Part shown: positions 47,904-56,481 of the stretch, piece by piece
How positions within the stretch are numbered: the stretch's first letter is position 1
Layout: each line of letters begins with the position of its first letter
Virus record (IMG/VR): IMGVR_UViG_3300009165_000006
Strand: one strand, 5' to 3'
Length of the DNA: 64,000 nt
Origin: a virus
Notes under the pieces: generated by a model
The model's database searches: none
What the model saw: only the letters and a program-made list of their open reading frames with translations
What the model was told of the DNA's origin: nothing
Program-made: the position numbers and the translations under genes

Positions 47904-48968
47904 TCAACAACCCAAAGTGTCGACGATTCGGCTAATCTTCTGGACCTTGGACCGGAGCTGATCTTCGGCAGCCATTCGGGCCACGGATCGATCCTCATCG
48001 TTACCCTCGCACCACAGTTCAAGACCGTGCACGAAGATTTCGGTGTGCCACTTCCCACCTGTTTGCTTCTCGGAAAGAACAACATCCTCGTTCTGGTAGT
48101 GGCAATGAGTTGGGTTTACCGAGTGCATGGGTTGGTTCATCCATGTCGAGAACTCTGACTGTACTTTGGCTTTGCTCTTAGCGAGATCAGCATCGTCCTC
48201 ATCATCGTCATCGGACTCGTCACCCTCCTCGTCATCATCGTTCTCAGACTCATCATTCTTCCCCTCATCCTCATCAGACTCGTCGCTCATAGCTTGAAGA
48301 GCTTCTCCAAGATCTAGGGTATCATTTGAGGGGTCATCTCCGAGGATTGGGCTAATCTTCGCTTTGGTTGCTAGAGAGTACCTGCCCCTCACGGGGCAGA
48401 TGAACCGATTCTTGTGTGCCGAAAGTATATTACTTACTGAACTCCTTCGCTTGGGCATCCAACATCTCTTCTCCAGCCTAGTGCAAATCTCGCCGACGCT
48501 GAGAGTCTCAGTTCCAATGACATAGATTACCCTATCGAGTAACTTTTGAGGTTTTTCATCTTCCGACATCACAACTTCCTCCTCCACCGATACTGACACC
48601 TCTACCACAGGTGCCCGAGTATCGGAACTACTTACTGAGGTGGCGGGGCTCGTCGGGGTTAGCCCTGTCCCATTAAGCAGTTTCTTATGTTCAATCACGG
48701 CTATAGCGGTTGCCCTCCTTTCTTTCTCTTGCAACCGCCTCGCTTCAACGATTGCCAGCCTGCGGTCCGTGAACAAGCAGCTCTCGCTGGCCACGAATTC
48801 GTAATGGTCTTCAACTGAACGTACGGTCACAGGATCAGGAGGGGCATTCGTCGGCGAATGCCCTTCAGTACCAGCTTTTATGATGAAAACTGGTATGATC
48901 TGCCCCGTTCCCGCTATCCAGCGCATAGGGTGGGTAGTCATGCCCCGTGTTATTACGCATAGATGCAA
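47904..48968 (-). CDS. highly acidic protein (long D/E run); probable true ATG start near 48942, downstream of the promoter-like motif
   Basis: ESDEDEGKNDESENDDDEEGDESDDDDEDDADLAKSK segment. The track start is a TTG; an in-frame ATG follows TGCGTAATA-N9. Confidence 0.45.
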   Translation of the reverse strand: MHLCVITRGMTTHPMRWIAGTGQIIPVFIIKAGTEGHSPTNAPPDPVTVRSVEDHYEFVASESCLFTDRRLAIVEARRLQEKERRATAIAVIEHKKLLNGTGLTPTSPATSVSSSDTRAPVVEVSVSVEEEVVMSEDEKPQKLLDRVIYVIGTETLSVGEICTRLEKRCWMPKRRSSVSNILSAHKNRFICPVRGRYSLATKAKISPILGDDPSNDTLDLGEALQAMSDESDEDEGKNDESENDDDEEGDESDDDDEDDADLAKSKAKVQSEFSTWMNQPMHSVNPTHCHYQNEDVVLSEKQTGGKWHTEIFVHGLELWCEGNDEDRSVARMAAEDQLRSKVQKISRIVDTLGC

Positions 48969-48979
48969 GAAAATTCAAC
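48943..48979 (-). promoter_or_regulatory. promoter-like element TTGAA-N14-TGCGTAATA-N9-ATG (minus strand)
   Basis: Plus strand reads cat-N9-tattacgca-N14-ttcaa. Confidence 0.45.
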
Positions 48980-49055
48980 AGAAATTGTCGAGTGGTGAAA
49001 TCTCCTACCTTGTACCCAATCGTGACCAGGCGCATCCTCGGTGTAGCCCATCTGA

Positions 49056-49541
49056 ATGGCACTCCTAGACTTCGTTCTCAGTGAAAATGAGAGCTACATC
49101 AACCGATCCTACTACCATTCGCACTGCGAAGAGCACGAAGCCTCCCGAGAGGAAGTCCTTCTGTGGCGTAAAGTGAAGGAGCTGGAAGCTATCCTTCAGA
49201 GCCTCCGACCTCAGGTTGTCAATGAGCTCCTAGCGGCTATCCCTAGGGATACTGAAAAGGTGTGGGTAAATGTCAGAAGCATGGAACTCCTGAAGAAGTA
49301 CGCTGGAGACCTAATCAGACAAGAGATCCTCTCTAGTATTGACAGCACCTACCAAGAGATCTGGGGATCAATTCAGGTCCTCTCCGACTATGACGAGGAG
49401 CCGCATACCATCTGGCTCGCGGTGGACCCAAACTTACCAGATGATGGGGTCAGCACTGAGAGAGCTTCCACGTACCTGACCCCGGTAATCGAAACTCTCC
49501 GATCTGCAATTGACCATCAGCCTGTTGAGGTGGATTCATAA
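49056..49541 (+). CDS. hypothetical protein (161 aa)
   Basis: ORF track. Confidence 0.35.
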   Translation: MALLDFVLSENESYINRSYYHSHCEEHEASREEVLLWRKVKELEAILQSLRPQVVNELLAAIPRDTEKVWVNVRSMELLKKYAGDLIRQEILSSIDSTYQEIWGSIQVLSDYDEEPHTIWLAVDPNLPDDGVSTERASTYLTPVIETLRSAIDHQPVEVDS

Positions 49542-49805
49542 TTACAGTGATATTGCTCCCTTTAAAGCTCTCCAGGAAATCACTGCCCACTATGATCCTC
49601 TTCACCTCATATTGAAAGACCTTCGCCCTCAACAGGAATAGTCGAAGCTCGTTCAAGTTACTGAAGCAAGGTAGGTAGTAGCGACCTGGTGTAGTCGATT
49701 GAATGTAGATCGGCGACCCGTTTGCCCAAGGGAGTAATGCCCCGGAGAGGCTACCTCGCACTGATTTAGGTCCTTCAGTCACGCAGCAGCACCCTAGCAC
49801 CAATT

Positions 49806-50108
49806 ATGGATACAACGCAAATCCTAAAAGTATCGGAGAGATACAGATCAATATTTCAGCTTGCAGGAGCTACTCCTCGAAAGTGGGATACCTCTCTGAA
49901 CACTTGTCCAGGAAACCTCTGCGCTTATGATCACTGCTTTTGGATGTGCGAGGAGATTCGGAAGATGATACCAGCGAATCCGGAAAAGGCTGTTCGTTGG
50001 TTGTGCTTCGTTCAGGGCATCCTCTGGGTTTCTGGAAAATCTAGTATCGATTCTATGCGGGAGGATAATCGACTCATCCTCGGTAGTCAAGCCGACTGCC
50101 GAGGATGA
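49806..50108 (+). CDS. hypothetical protein (100 aa)
   Basis: ORF track. Confidence 0.3.
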   Translation: MDTTQILKVSERYRSIFQLAGATPRKWDTSLNTCPGNLCAYDHCFWMCEEIRKMIPANPEKAVRWLCFVQGILWVSGKSSIDSMREDNRLILGSQADCRG

Positions 50109-50291
50109 GGGGGCGCATGACCCCGAAGTGGCTCAGCGTCGCTCATCACTTCGACTCCGACACAGTCCGTTCAAGGCGGTTAGCAGCCTCTGAGAGGTCT
50201 CCGTTAATGAGTTGGGCACCCGCCACGCTTCTTCACTACACCAAACTCAAACACGATTCTGGTGTAGTGTACTGCGACGAATGAGGTGTGA

Positions 50292-51218
50292 GTGCTAGCA
50301 ACAAGAAAATGCGCATTCGACTCATGCGAGATAGAGTTCGAACCAACACATCCATACCAACAATACTGCTGTACTAGGTGCAAGGAGCGCGCTCGTTGGC
50401 ATCGTTCAGAACAGATTGAAAAATCCAAGAAACGCAGCCAAAAGTGGTACTCCGATCCGGAAAATAAGCTCAACCACAGGGTAGCTCGAAGGGGTAGACG
50501 CATGTCAGTAAAAACTGGTAGAGGTGAATGGGAGATGCCAGCCCCAATGATCGAATACCTACCGGGCGGATGCGTCCCGATTGCTATTGAGTGTGGGTAT
50601 AAGTTCGAACATTGGCAACTTGCATCACTTCACGGAATGATGAGTACGATCACTGGACCTCACTCAGCCAACAACCCAGTATTTACACTGTTTCCGTGGC
50701 ACATAGGGTGCGGATGGGCCGCGTACATTCGAGATATTGAGTTAGCCAGATCGATTGCCATGCGTACACACGTGGTCAACTTCAATGACCGTGAGCAGGA
50801 ACTCGCTCTAGGATGGCTCGTACGTGTCAAAGCACCACAGATCAAGCCAGGTGCTTGGAAACTTCGAATCACAACTATTACACCTGTGTGTTGTCGCGCA
50901 ACTGGAGGGACTTATTACATGGCTCCAACTGCGAACAACATCAAAGGGACTCTTGAGGTAAACGTTGCACGAAGGCTTGGAATAAAGACTGAGAAACACG
51001 ACGTTCAGGTCAGATTGCTTGACTCAAAAGCCTTCTTAGACAAGCTTCGACTATCTGGCAATGGCAGCAAGCTTGGTGACATTTGTGGGTGGTCTGGAAG
51101 CATCGACATTGAAGTGAATGCGCTTGGTAGGCTTCTGCTTGAATGTGCCGCCCTCGGCATGGGATTGGGAGGCAAGTTGGCGTTTGGATTTGGGCGAATC
51201 AAGGTAGAGACAATATGA
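50292..51218 (+). CDS. RAMP-like protein with C-terminal glycine-rich loop (Cas6-like candidate); N-terminal Cys cluster
   Basis: Extreme C-terminus ALGMGLGGKLAFGFGRIKVETI fits the RAMP G-rich loop GhGxxxxxGhG. N-terminal CAFDSC...CCTRC. GTG start; its TGA stop overlaps the next ATG (ATGA). Confidence 0.4.
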   Translation: MLATRKCAFDSCEIEFEPTHPYQQYCCTRCKERARWHRSEQIEKSKKRSQKWYSDPENKLNHRVARRGRRMSVKTGRGEWEMPAPMIEYLPGGCVPIAIECGYKFEHWQLASLHGMMSTITGPHSANNPVFTLFPWHIGCGWAAYIRDIELARSIAMRTHVVNFNDREQELALGWLVRVKAPQIKPGAWKLRITTITPVCCRATGGTYYMAPTANNIKGTLEVNVARRLGIKTEKHDVQVRLLDSKAFLDKLRLSGNGSKLGDICGWSGSIDIEVNALGRLLLECAALGMGLGGKLAFGFGRIKVETI

Positions 51219-52387
51219 GGCCCTCGCCAAGTCAGCTGCTTCACAAAGCAATAGGAAGCCCGCGGGTTGACGGGTGCTCGGAGGCAAACGGTCTTTGCTA
51301 CGTTTGCGCAGGTCCTGTAGTTCGAGGAAAACCCGTTGTCGACTGGTGTACTTCAAGTTACACAGATCAGAATCGTGCGCGTTGTCCTGCAGCAATTTAC
51401 GTCTGTGAGGCATGTTGCATGCTTGCTGCACGTACTTTTCCAGTCCCTGGGCGCCCGCCAGGACAGTGTTCGGTTTGCGAGGGAACCGGAACTGTGAAAA
51501 AGATTCCTCCCAAGGGCAAAGGAAAGGCGTCCAAGATCGGAGACGCTTGCCCTAAGTGTGGTGGTACGGGCGAAGCGTCGTTCGGTGGCAACTTCCGCAA
51601 TTACAGCCACCTATATGAGGAGGGGTGGGATTCACCGTCACTTCCGGATGGAACCGTGATCCCAGGCTACCTGAACGCATCAAAGGGAGAAAAACCGATC
51701 GTGCTTAACTTCCTAAGGCGTGACCACCACGGCATGTGGTTCGCTGCAATCGCAGACAGTGGACAGAAGCATGTGGTGCATCATACACCACCGAACCTGC
51801 TCGGTCCAGGCGGAACGGTGCTGTTCGAGGAGACGCTTGTTAGCATCCCACCAGGTCTCTCGCTGGTAGACGAAATGACAGCACTTCTCACCGCTGGAGC
51901 AACAAAGGAAGAGATTCTCATCGGAGAATATAGCCAGTTCACATGGCTGCGCTTGGAGACAGCAATCCGTGAATTTGAGGGTCGTAACGCGAAGCGGCGG
52001 CATACTGGGTGGTTTCGTTTGGCGCTATGGCTATCTCAACGAGATGAGGCAGCAGTAGCTATAAGGATTGAAGCCGAGAAGGCAGCAGAGAAAGAACGTA
52101 AGGCACGGACCAAACAGAGAACCAAGGAGACTCAAAGTGTTGAAACAGGAAGAAAGAAAGCATCTCGAAACACTTCTTGTCGAGATGCTGTTATCGATCC
52201 GAGACCGGTATGTGAAGGACAAAGGGGGGAAGGTAAAGCCGGACTACCTCGAACAGATCCAAAACCGAGCCAGAACAAGTGCAGAAATGTCACCGACCAT
52301 CAATCGGTGGGTGAACGAGCTTCAAATAGACCTACAAATGCAGAGCATCGACACGTGGGGCAGCTCAGCCTCTTCAACGCTCCTTGA
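51215..52387 (+). CDS. cysteine-rich protein with CxxCxGxG zinc-finger repeats (possible large-subunit analogue); 3' end uncertain
   Basis: CYVCAGPV, CSVCEGTG and CPKCGGTG repeats. C-terminal ~100 codons are low complexity and overlap the next gene in another frame. Confidence 0.4.
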   Translation: MRPSPSQLLHKAIGSPRVDGCSEANGLCYVCAGPVVRGKPVVDWCTSSYTDQNRARCPAAIYVCEACCMLAARTFPVPGRPPGQCSVCEGTGTVKKIPPKGKGKASKIGDACPKCGGTGEASFGGNFRNYSHLYEEGWDSPSLPDGTVIPGYLNASKGEKPIVLNFLRRDHHGMWFAAIADSGQKHVVHHTPPNLLGPGGTVLFEETLVSIPPGLSLVDEMTALLTAGATKEEILIGEYSQFTWLRLETAIREFEGRNAKRRHTGWFRLALWLSQRDEAAVAIRIEAEKAAEKERKARTKQRTKETQSVETGRKKASRNTSCRDAVIDPRPVCEGQRGEGKAGLPRTDPKPSQNKCRNVTDHQSVGERASNRPTNAEHRHVGQLSLFNAP

Positions 52388-52607
52388 TCTAGTAAGCTTC
52401 TGCGACGAACACTCGTGCCACAGAGAAGCGAAAATGATGGTAATTCGCGATGGTGCGTTCTTGTTTGCATTGCTCCGCAAACAGATCGAACTTCGCAAAG
52501 AAGAACGGGAGCGAGAGAAGCAGGAGCGAATCCTTGGGAAACTTACCAAGGAAGACATGTTGGCAGCAGCAGAAGAGAATGGATTGTTAGTTGAGGAAAC
52601 GGCATAA
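52137..52607 (+). CDS. small alpha-helical protein (~156 aa; Cas11-like small-subunit candidate) starting at GTG inside the 3' part of the upstream gene
   Basis: AAGGAG SD 7 nt upstream of GTG 52137. Sequence is helical and charged. Its TAA stop overlaps the next ATG (TAATG). Confidence 0.4.
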   Translation: MLKQEERKHLETLLVEMLLSIRDRYVKDKGGKVKPDYLEQIQNRARTSAEMSPTINRWVNELQIDLQMQSIDTWGSSASSTLLDLVSFCDEHSCHREAKMMVIRDGAFLFALLRKQIELRKEEREREKQERILGKLTKEDMLAAAEENGLLVEETA

Positions 52608-53590
52608 TGGAGACAACTCGATACATTTCGGTGGTCAGGGCAGTTCAACCGATCGCGCATCACAAGGGTAGTATCGGAAATCACGCAACGATCATGCGTG
52701 CAGCTGTAAGGCTTCCTGGCGGAGAGATCGCAGACGTGCCAGAGGGCACTGGTAACGCAGTTAGAAATCGATTACGCCGAGCTGCCGCGATCTGTTCATT
52801 GGACGCAGCTGGAATTCTGGGGGATCCCCAACTCGAACGTGGAGCGATGCGGCTGCTGTTCAACGGCGGAATGCTCACTGGAAAGGGTGATGGGACCACG
52901 ATCAACATCGATCGATGGCGCGAGCTTGTGACGCTATTCCCGTTTCTTGGGATCCTTGGGGGTTGCATCGACAATCGTACCCAAGGCGGACAACTCAATG
53001 TTGACGCACTGAAGCTCATCTGCGAGGAAAACATGCACTCGCTAAATCCATGGACGCGACAGTGGCTCAAGGATAACAATGAAGGGATCTGCGAAAGCTC
53101 CTACCTACTTGAGAAAGTTCAACGGGTGAATATGGACCCGGAGATCCTTCCCGAGAACCTGAAACTGCTTTCGGAGGGTGCGAGGTTACAAGTCTATAAC
53201 AAGCTACTAGCACAGGGTAAAGCTCACGAGGAGGGGAACGCGATCGAGGCCGCAAAAGTCAAGAGCGACATGATGCCGCATACGTTCGAGCGAATCATTC
53301 GCGGGTCATTGTTTCAACTGTCGTTCTTGTTGAGGTCTTATAACGAGCTTGAGCGAGACGCTTTCGAGTACGCCTACTCCTGCCTATTGAACAACTTCCG
53401 TTTCGGAGGAAAACAAGCATCAGAACACGGGGAACTCGAATTCCTTGCGGGTGCCAGGGTTCACTTCAAACAATACACAGGAGAGCTCGACATCGGTGAG
53501 CGAAAAGGAACCGGTGATCTGTTCCGAGCGCACGTTACCGATCACAAGGAACAGCTGGTGAACTGGTTACGGCACGAGGTAGCAGCGTGA
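52607..53590 (+). CDS. Cas7-like backbone protein candidate (327 aa)
   Basis: Operon position between the small-subunit-like and Cas5-like genes. Gly-rich segments LLFNGGMLTGKGDGTT and FRFGGKQASEHGE. N-terminal VP.GTGNAVRNRLRR resembles the RAMP S.KG..R motif. Weak. Confidence 0.3.
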   Translation: METTRYISVVRAVQPIAHHKGSIGNHATIMRAAVRLPGGEIADVPEGTGNAVRNRLRRAAAICSLDAAGILGDPQLERGAMRLLFNGGMLTGKGDGTTINIDRWRELVTLFPFLGILGGCIDNRTQGGQLNVDALKLICEENMHSLNPWTRQWLKDNNEGICESSYLLEKVQRVNMDPEILPENLKLLSEGARLQVYNKLLAQGKAHEEGNAIEAAKVKSDMMPHTFERIIRGSLFQLSFLLRSYNELERDAFEYAYSCLLNNFRFGGKQASEHGELEFLAGARVHFKQYTGELDIGERKGTGDLFRAHVTDHKEQLVNWLRHEVAA

Positions 53591-54240
53591 ACTACGAGCC
53601 AATCAAGGTCAGCTGCAAGCTTGCCGAGGGGTTCGTAATGCGAACCCCTACCGTGTTGGATTCACTATTGGCCGCAGTGATAGCAATGCGTGAGCAGTTG
53701 CCTACTCCGATATCCGAGGACGAAATCAAAGAGATCCCAGTACCCATTGACGAAGCTGCTGGGATTCGACTGTGCTCATCGGCCATGTTTGAGATAGAGG
53801 AGACATTCGGCTCATTTCGAACACGACGCCCACCAATCGAAGAATACTGCCACTTTGGAAAGCGTGGTGGTTCCGTATCGATTGCTAGTGGCCCCGACAA
53901 GCTCTATATGATGGAGTATGACTACCAGTTCGCAGTTGACGACAAAGTGACATGGTTTGCATTGGGAGACATTGTCAGTGTACACAACTTACTGACGGAT
54001 GTATTCTACCTCGGCAAACATCGCTCAATCGGCAAAGGGCGGATCATTGAAGGCTCATGGAAGGTTGAAAGCTGTAAACCCTGGGGTGAAGGGTTTCCGG
54101 TGGTTCATAACGGCACTCCGAAGCGTCCCTTGCCGTTAGGTTGGCCTGGCGTGGCCACGACAACCAGGACCGGTTACGCAACGTTACGACCCCCCTATTG
54201 GATGTACTCTCGTGAGGAAGCCTGCTTCCTCCCAGGATAG
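53587..54240 (+). CDS. RAMP-like protein with glycine-rich loop (Cas5-like candidate, 217 aa)
   Basis: FYLGKHRSIGKGRI loop. GTG start overlapping the upstream stop (GTGA). GAGGT SD. Confidence 0.35.
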   Translation: MNYEPIKVSCKLAEGFVMRTPTVLDSLLAAVIAMREQLPTPISEDEIKEIPVPIDEAAGIRLCSSAMFEIEETFGSFRTRRPPIEEYCHFGKRGGSVSIASGPDKLYMMEYDYQFAVDDKVTWFALGDIVSVHNLLTDVFYLGKHRSIGKGRIIEGSWKVESCKPWGEGFPVVHNGTPKRPLPLGWPGVATTTRTGYATLRPPYWMYSREEACFLPG

Positions 54241-55701
54241 ATGAAAGCTCTAGCTTGCACGCTCGACACATGGGATGCCTTCGCAAGGGCCACCGGAAGA
54301 ACTGAGACCACCGGTCTCACGTTTCCCCTACGAATACTCGAGATTATCGGAAAGCCCTACGGACTAGAGCTCGAATACGCGAACAAACTGAACCGCCATG
54401 ACGCAGTGTTCATAGCGGTTCACGACTTTAGTTCGATGCTGTCCCTTGGAAAGGCGATGCAGAAGCTGAAATTGCCGCTACTTGCCAAAGACCGCGACCG
54501 AAGTCACCCGCTCGTATGGATGGGCGGACAAGGTACACGCAATCCGCTACCTATTGCCGATATTGCTGACTTGATAGTGCTTGGGGATGCAGAGCTCTCG
54601 CTGCCTCAATTACTCCAAATATGGGAGCGAAATGGGAACAGTAGAGAGTTCCTGGTGGGAGCGTCTACTGTCTCTGGGGTATTCGTTCCTTCGATCCACA
54701 ACGAAAATGAGGTGACCCTGAAAATGGGTTGGTCACCGGATATACGAACTTCACTTCAAAGCAGAAGCCTACCAATGGAACAGCATGCCAGAATCGAGCT
54801 CTCGCGTGGATGCAAGAGCAAGTGCTCATTCTGCGGACTCGGATGGATGGGTCCAGTTCGACATAACACCTTGGACGACGTACGGGATGCTATCCGAGGA
54901 GTGCCTTCGGTCCACCTGCAGGCTTGCGATGCCGAAGCTTACCCGGACATCGTTCGGTTGCGTGAGTGGATGCGCGAGAGAGGAATCAAAGACACCGGGT
55001 GTACCTCACGTCTCGATTCTAATTACGATGCTAGGAGCGAATTTCTATTCGACAAGTTGTTCAATTTCGGAATCGAGGCTGTGACCGAGCGTGTCCGCCG
55101 CAAAATCGGCAAGGCCAGACTAACGAACGACTTCATCGTTGAGGCTATGTGCGGGCTATACGAGAGACAGAAAACGCGGAAGGGTGAAGCCTGTGAGAAG
55201 ACCAATTGGCACATGATCTCTGGACTTCCGGGGGAGTTGGTATCTGAAACCGCGGAACTGGCGCAGACAATCCGAAGGCTCGATGCGACAATGCTGGAAC
55301 GGAGAATCACCGGGCAGCTAACGATCCGATGGCAACCGTTACTACCCTGTCCTGGGACACCACTGCAGTGGTGTCCCATTGGGCCGGATTGCGAGCCGTG
55401 GAGTAAGGCCTTGGCCAGAAACATCCGCAAAACGTACTGTCTGAAGCTAGAACATGGTTCCGGGAGACAGGAACGAAAGCACGCCCTGACCTGTATACTG
55501 ATGCGGTCAGGGCGTGTGGGGGCAAAGCTGATCGCACTTGAGTCAAAGTCTGCGGTTACCCCAGTTGCCGCGGTCGAGCTTACCGGGACGACTACCGGTA
55601 AGCTCGACCTTAGTGGTCCGCTTCCATGGGATTTCGTGCATGGTTACTACCCGCGAGGGGTGCTCGAAAAGGCCTACAAAAAGACCATACAATGCACGTA
55701 G
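54241..55701 (+). CDS. B12-binding-domain radical SAM enzyme
   Basis: IELSRGCKSKCSFCG contains the CxxxCxxC cluster in the RGC..C.FC context typical of cobalamin-dependent rSAM enzymes. N-terminal B12-binding-like region (IAVHDFSS...LVWMGGQGT). ATG immediately after the upstream TAG. Confidence 0.65.
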   Translation: MKALACTLDTWDAFARATGRTETTGLTFPLRILEIIGKPYGLELEYANKLNRHDAVFIAVHDFSSMLSLGKAMQKLKLPLLAKDRDRSHPLVWMGGQGTRNPLPIADIADLIVLGDAELSLPQLLQIWERNGNSREFLVGASTVSGVFVPSIHNENEVTLKMGWSPDIRTSLQSRSLPMEQHARIELSRGCKSKCSFCGLGWMGPVRHNTLDDVRDAIRGVPSVHLQACDAEAYPDIVRLREWMRERGIKDTGCTSRLDSNYDARSEFLFDKLFNFGIEAVTERVRRKIGKARLTNDFIVEAMCGLYERQKTRKGEACEKTNWHMISGLPGELVSETAELAQTIRRLDATMLERRITGQLTIRWQPLLPCPGTPLQWCPIGPDCEPWSKALARNIRKTYCLKLEHGSGRQERKHALTCILMRSGRVGAKLIALESKSAVTPVAAVELTGTTTGKLDLSGPLPWDFVHGYYPRGVLEKAYKKTIQCT

Positions 55702-55715
55702 ACTGGAACGAGGAA

Positions 55716-55958
55716 TCAGTTAGATCGTTTTGGCGGAAGAAGCTCGTGAAAAACGAATCCATCCGTAGACTCTGTAAGAAACAGACGCATCCCCGGCTTC
55801 AATTCCGGGTACTTCGCCACATCCTCAGCGGTAATAGTGAACTTGAAAATCGTATCATCCACTTCGTCTGCCATACCCTTTTGGGCGCGTTCCCAAAAGT
55901 CAAGAACAAACTTGGGCTCTCCTTGAAACTTGTCAGTCAATCGATCTCCATTCAGCAT
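55716..55958 (-). CDS. hypothetical protein (80 aa)
   Basis: ORF track; promoter-like motif upstream. Confidence 0.35.
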   Translation of the reverse strand: MLNGDRLTDKFQGEPKFVLDFWERAQKGMADEVDDTIFKFTITAEDVAKYPELKPGMRLFLTESTDGFVFHELLPPKRSN

Positions 55959-55992
55959 ACCCTCTATTACGCATGAAGAACCAATAACTAAA
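55959..55992 (-). promoter_or_regulatory. promoter-like element TGCGTAATA-N6-ATG (minus strand; weak -35)
   Basis: Plus strand reads cat-accctc-tattacgca. Confidence 0.4.
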
Positions 55993-56025
55993 CCAAGAAT
56001 CCGAATTTTGGTGTATTAGCACCCC

Positions 56026-56481
56026 ATGGAATACTCAATTCTGGTTGAAGGTGGGTCTATCACATTGGACGAAAAGGTGGATTGTCGAAAGATTATCGAC
56101 GGTTGCATCTACTTAGGCCTTCTCGCCAATTCCAAAAGTGAAGTCAAAACCGAGTCAAAACCCATCTACCTGAAGGTCAGTGCGTACTACTTCCTCAACC
56201 TTGGGTGCCTCGTCATGCTTCGAAACATCAAAGACGACACCGTCCTCGAACACCGATCTGCCATCATCGCTTGGCAGGGTGGTCTCGTAACGCACATGGA
56301 GGTGGACCGTTTCTTGGCCCAGTCCATTCATTGGTCTGCTGTTCGGATAAGAGATGCGGACTTCCTTGGCGGGAGGTTCGCCAAGGGCTACTTCGAACCA
56401 GCATCATCTCTCGCCGAAATCTTCAACCCATCTGAGCCCAGGGTGCCCACTCCAATGAGCGCGGCTCCGGTTCCTAGTTGA
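56026..56481 (+). CDS. hypothetical protein (151 aa)
   Basis: ORF track. Confidence 0.35.
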   Translation: MEYSILVEGGSITLDEKVDCRKIIDGCIYLGLLANSKSEVKTESKPIYLKVSAYYFLNLGCLVMLRNIKDDTVLEHRSAIIAWQGGLVTHMEVDRFLAQSIHWSAVRIRDADFLGGRFAKGYFEPASSLAEIFNPSEPRVPTPMSAAPVPS

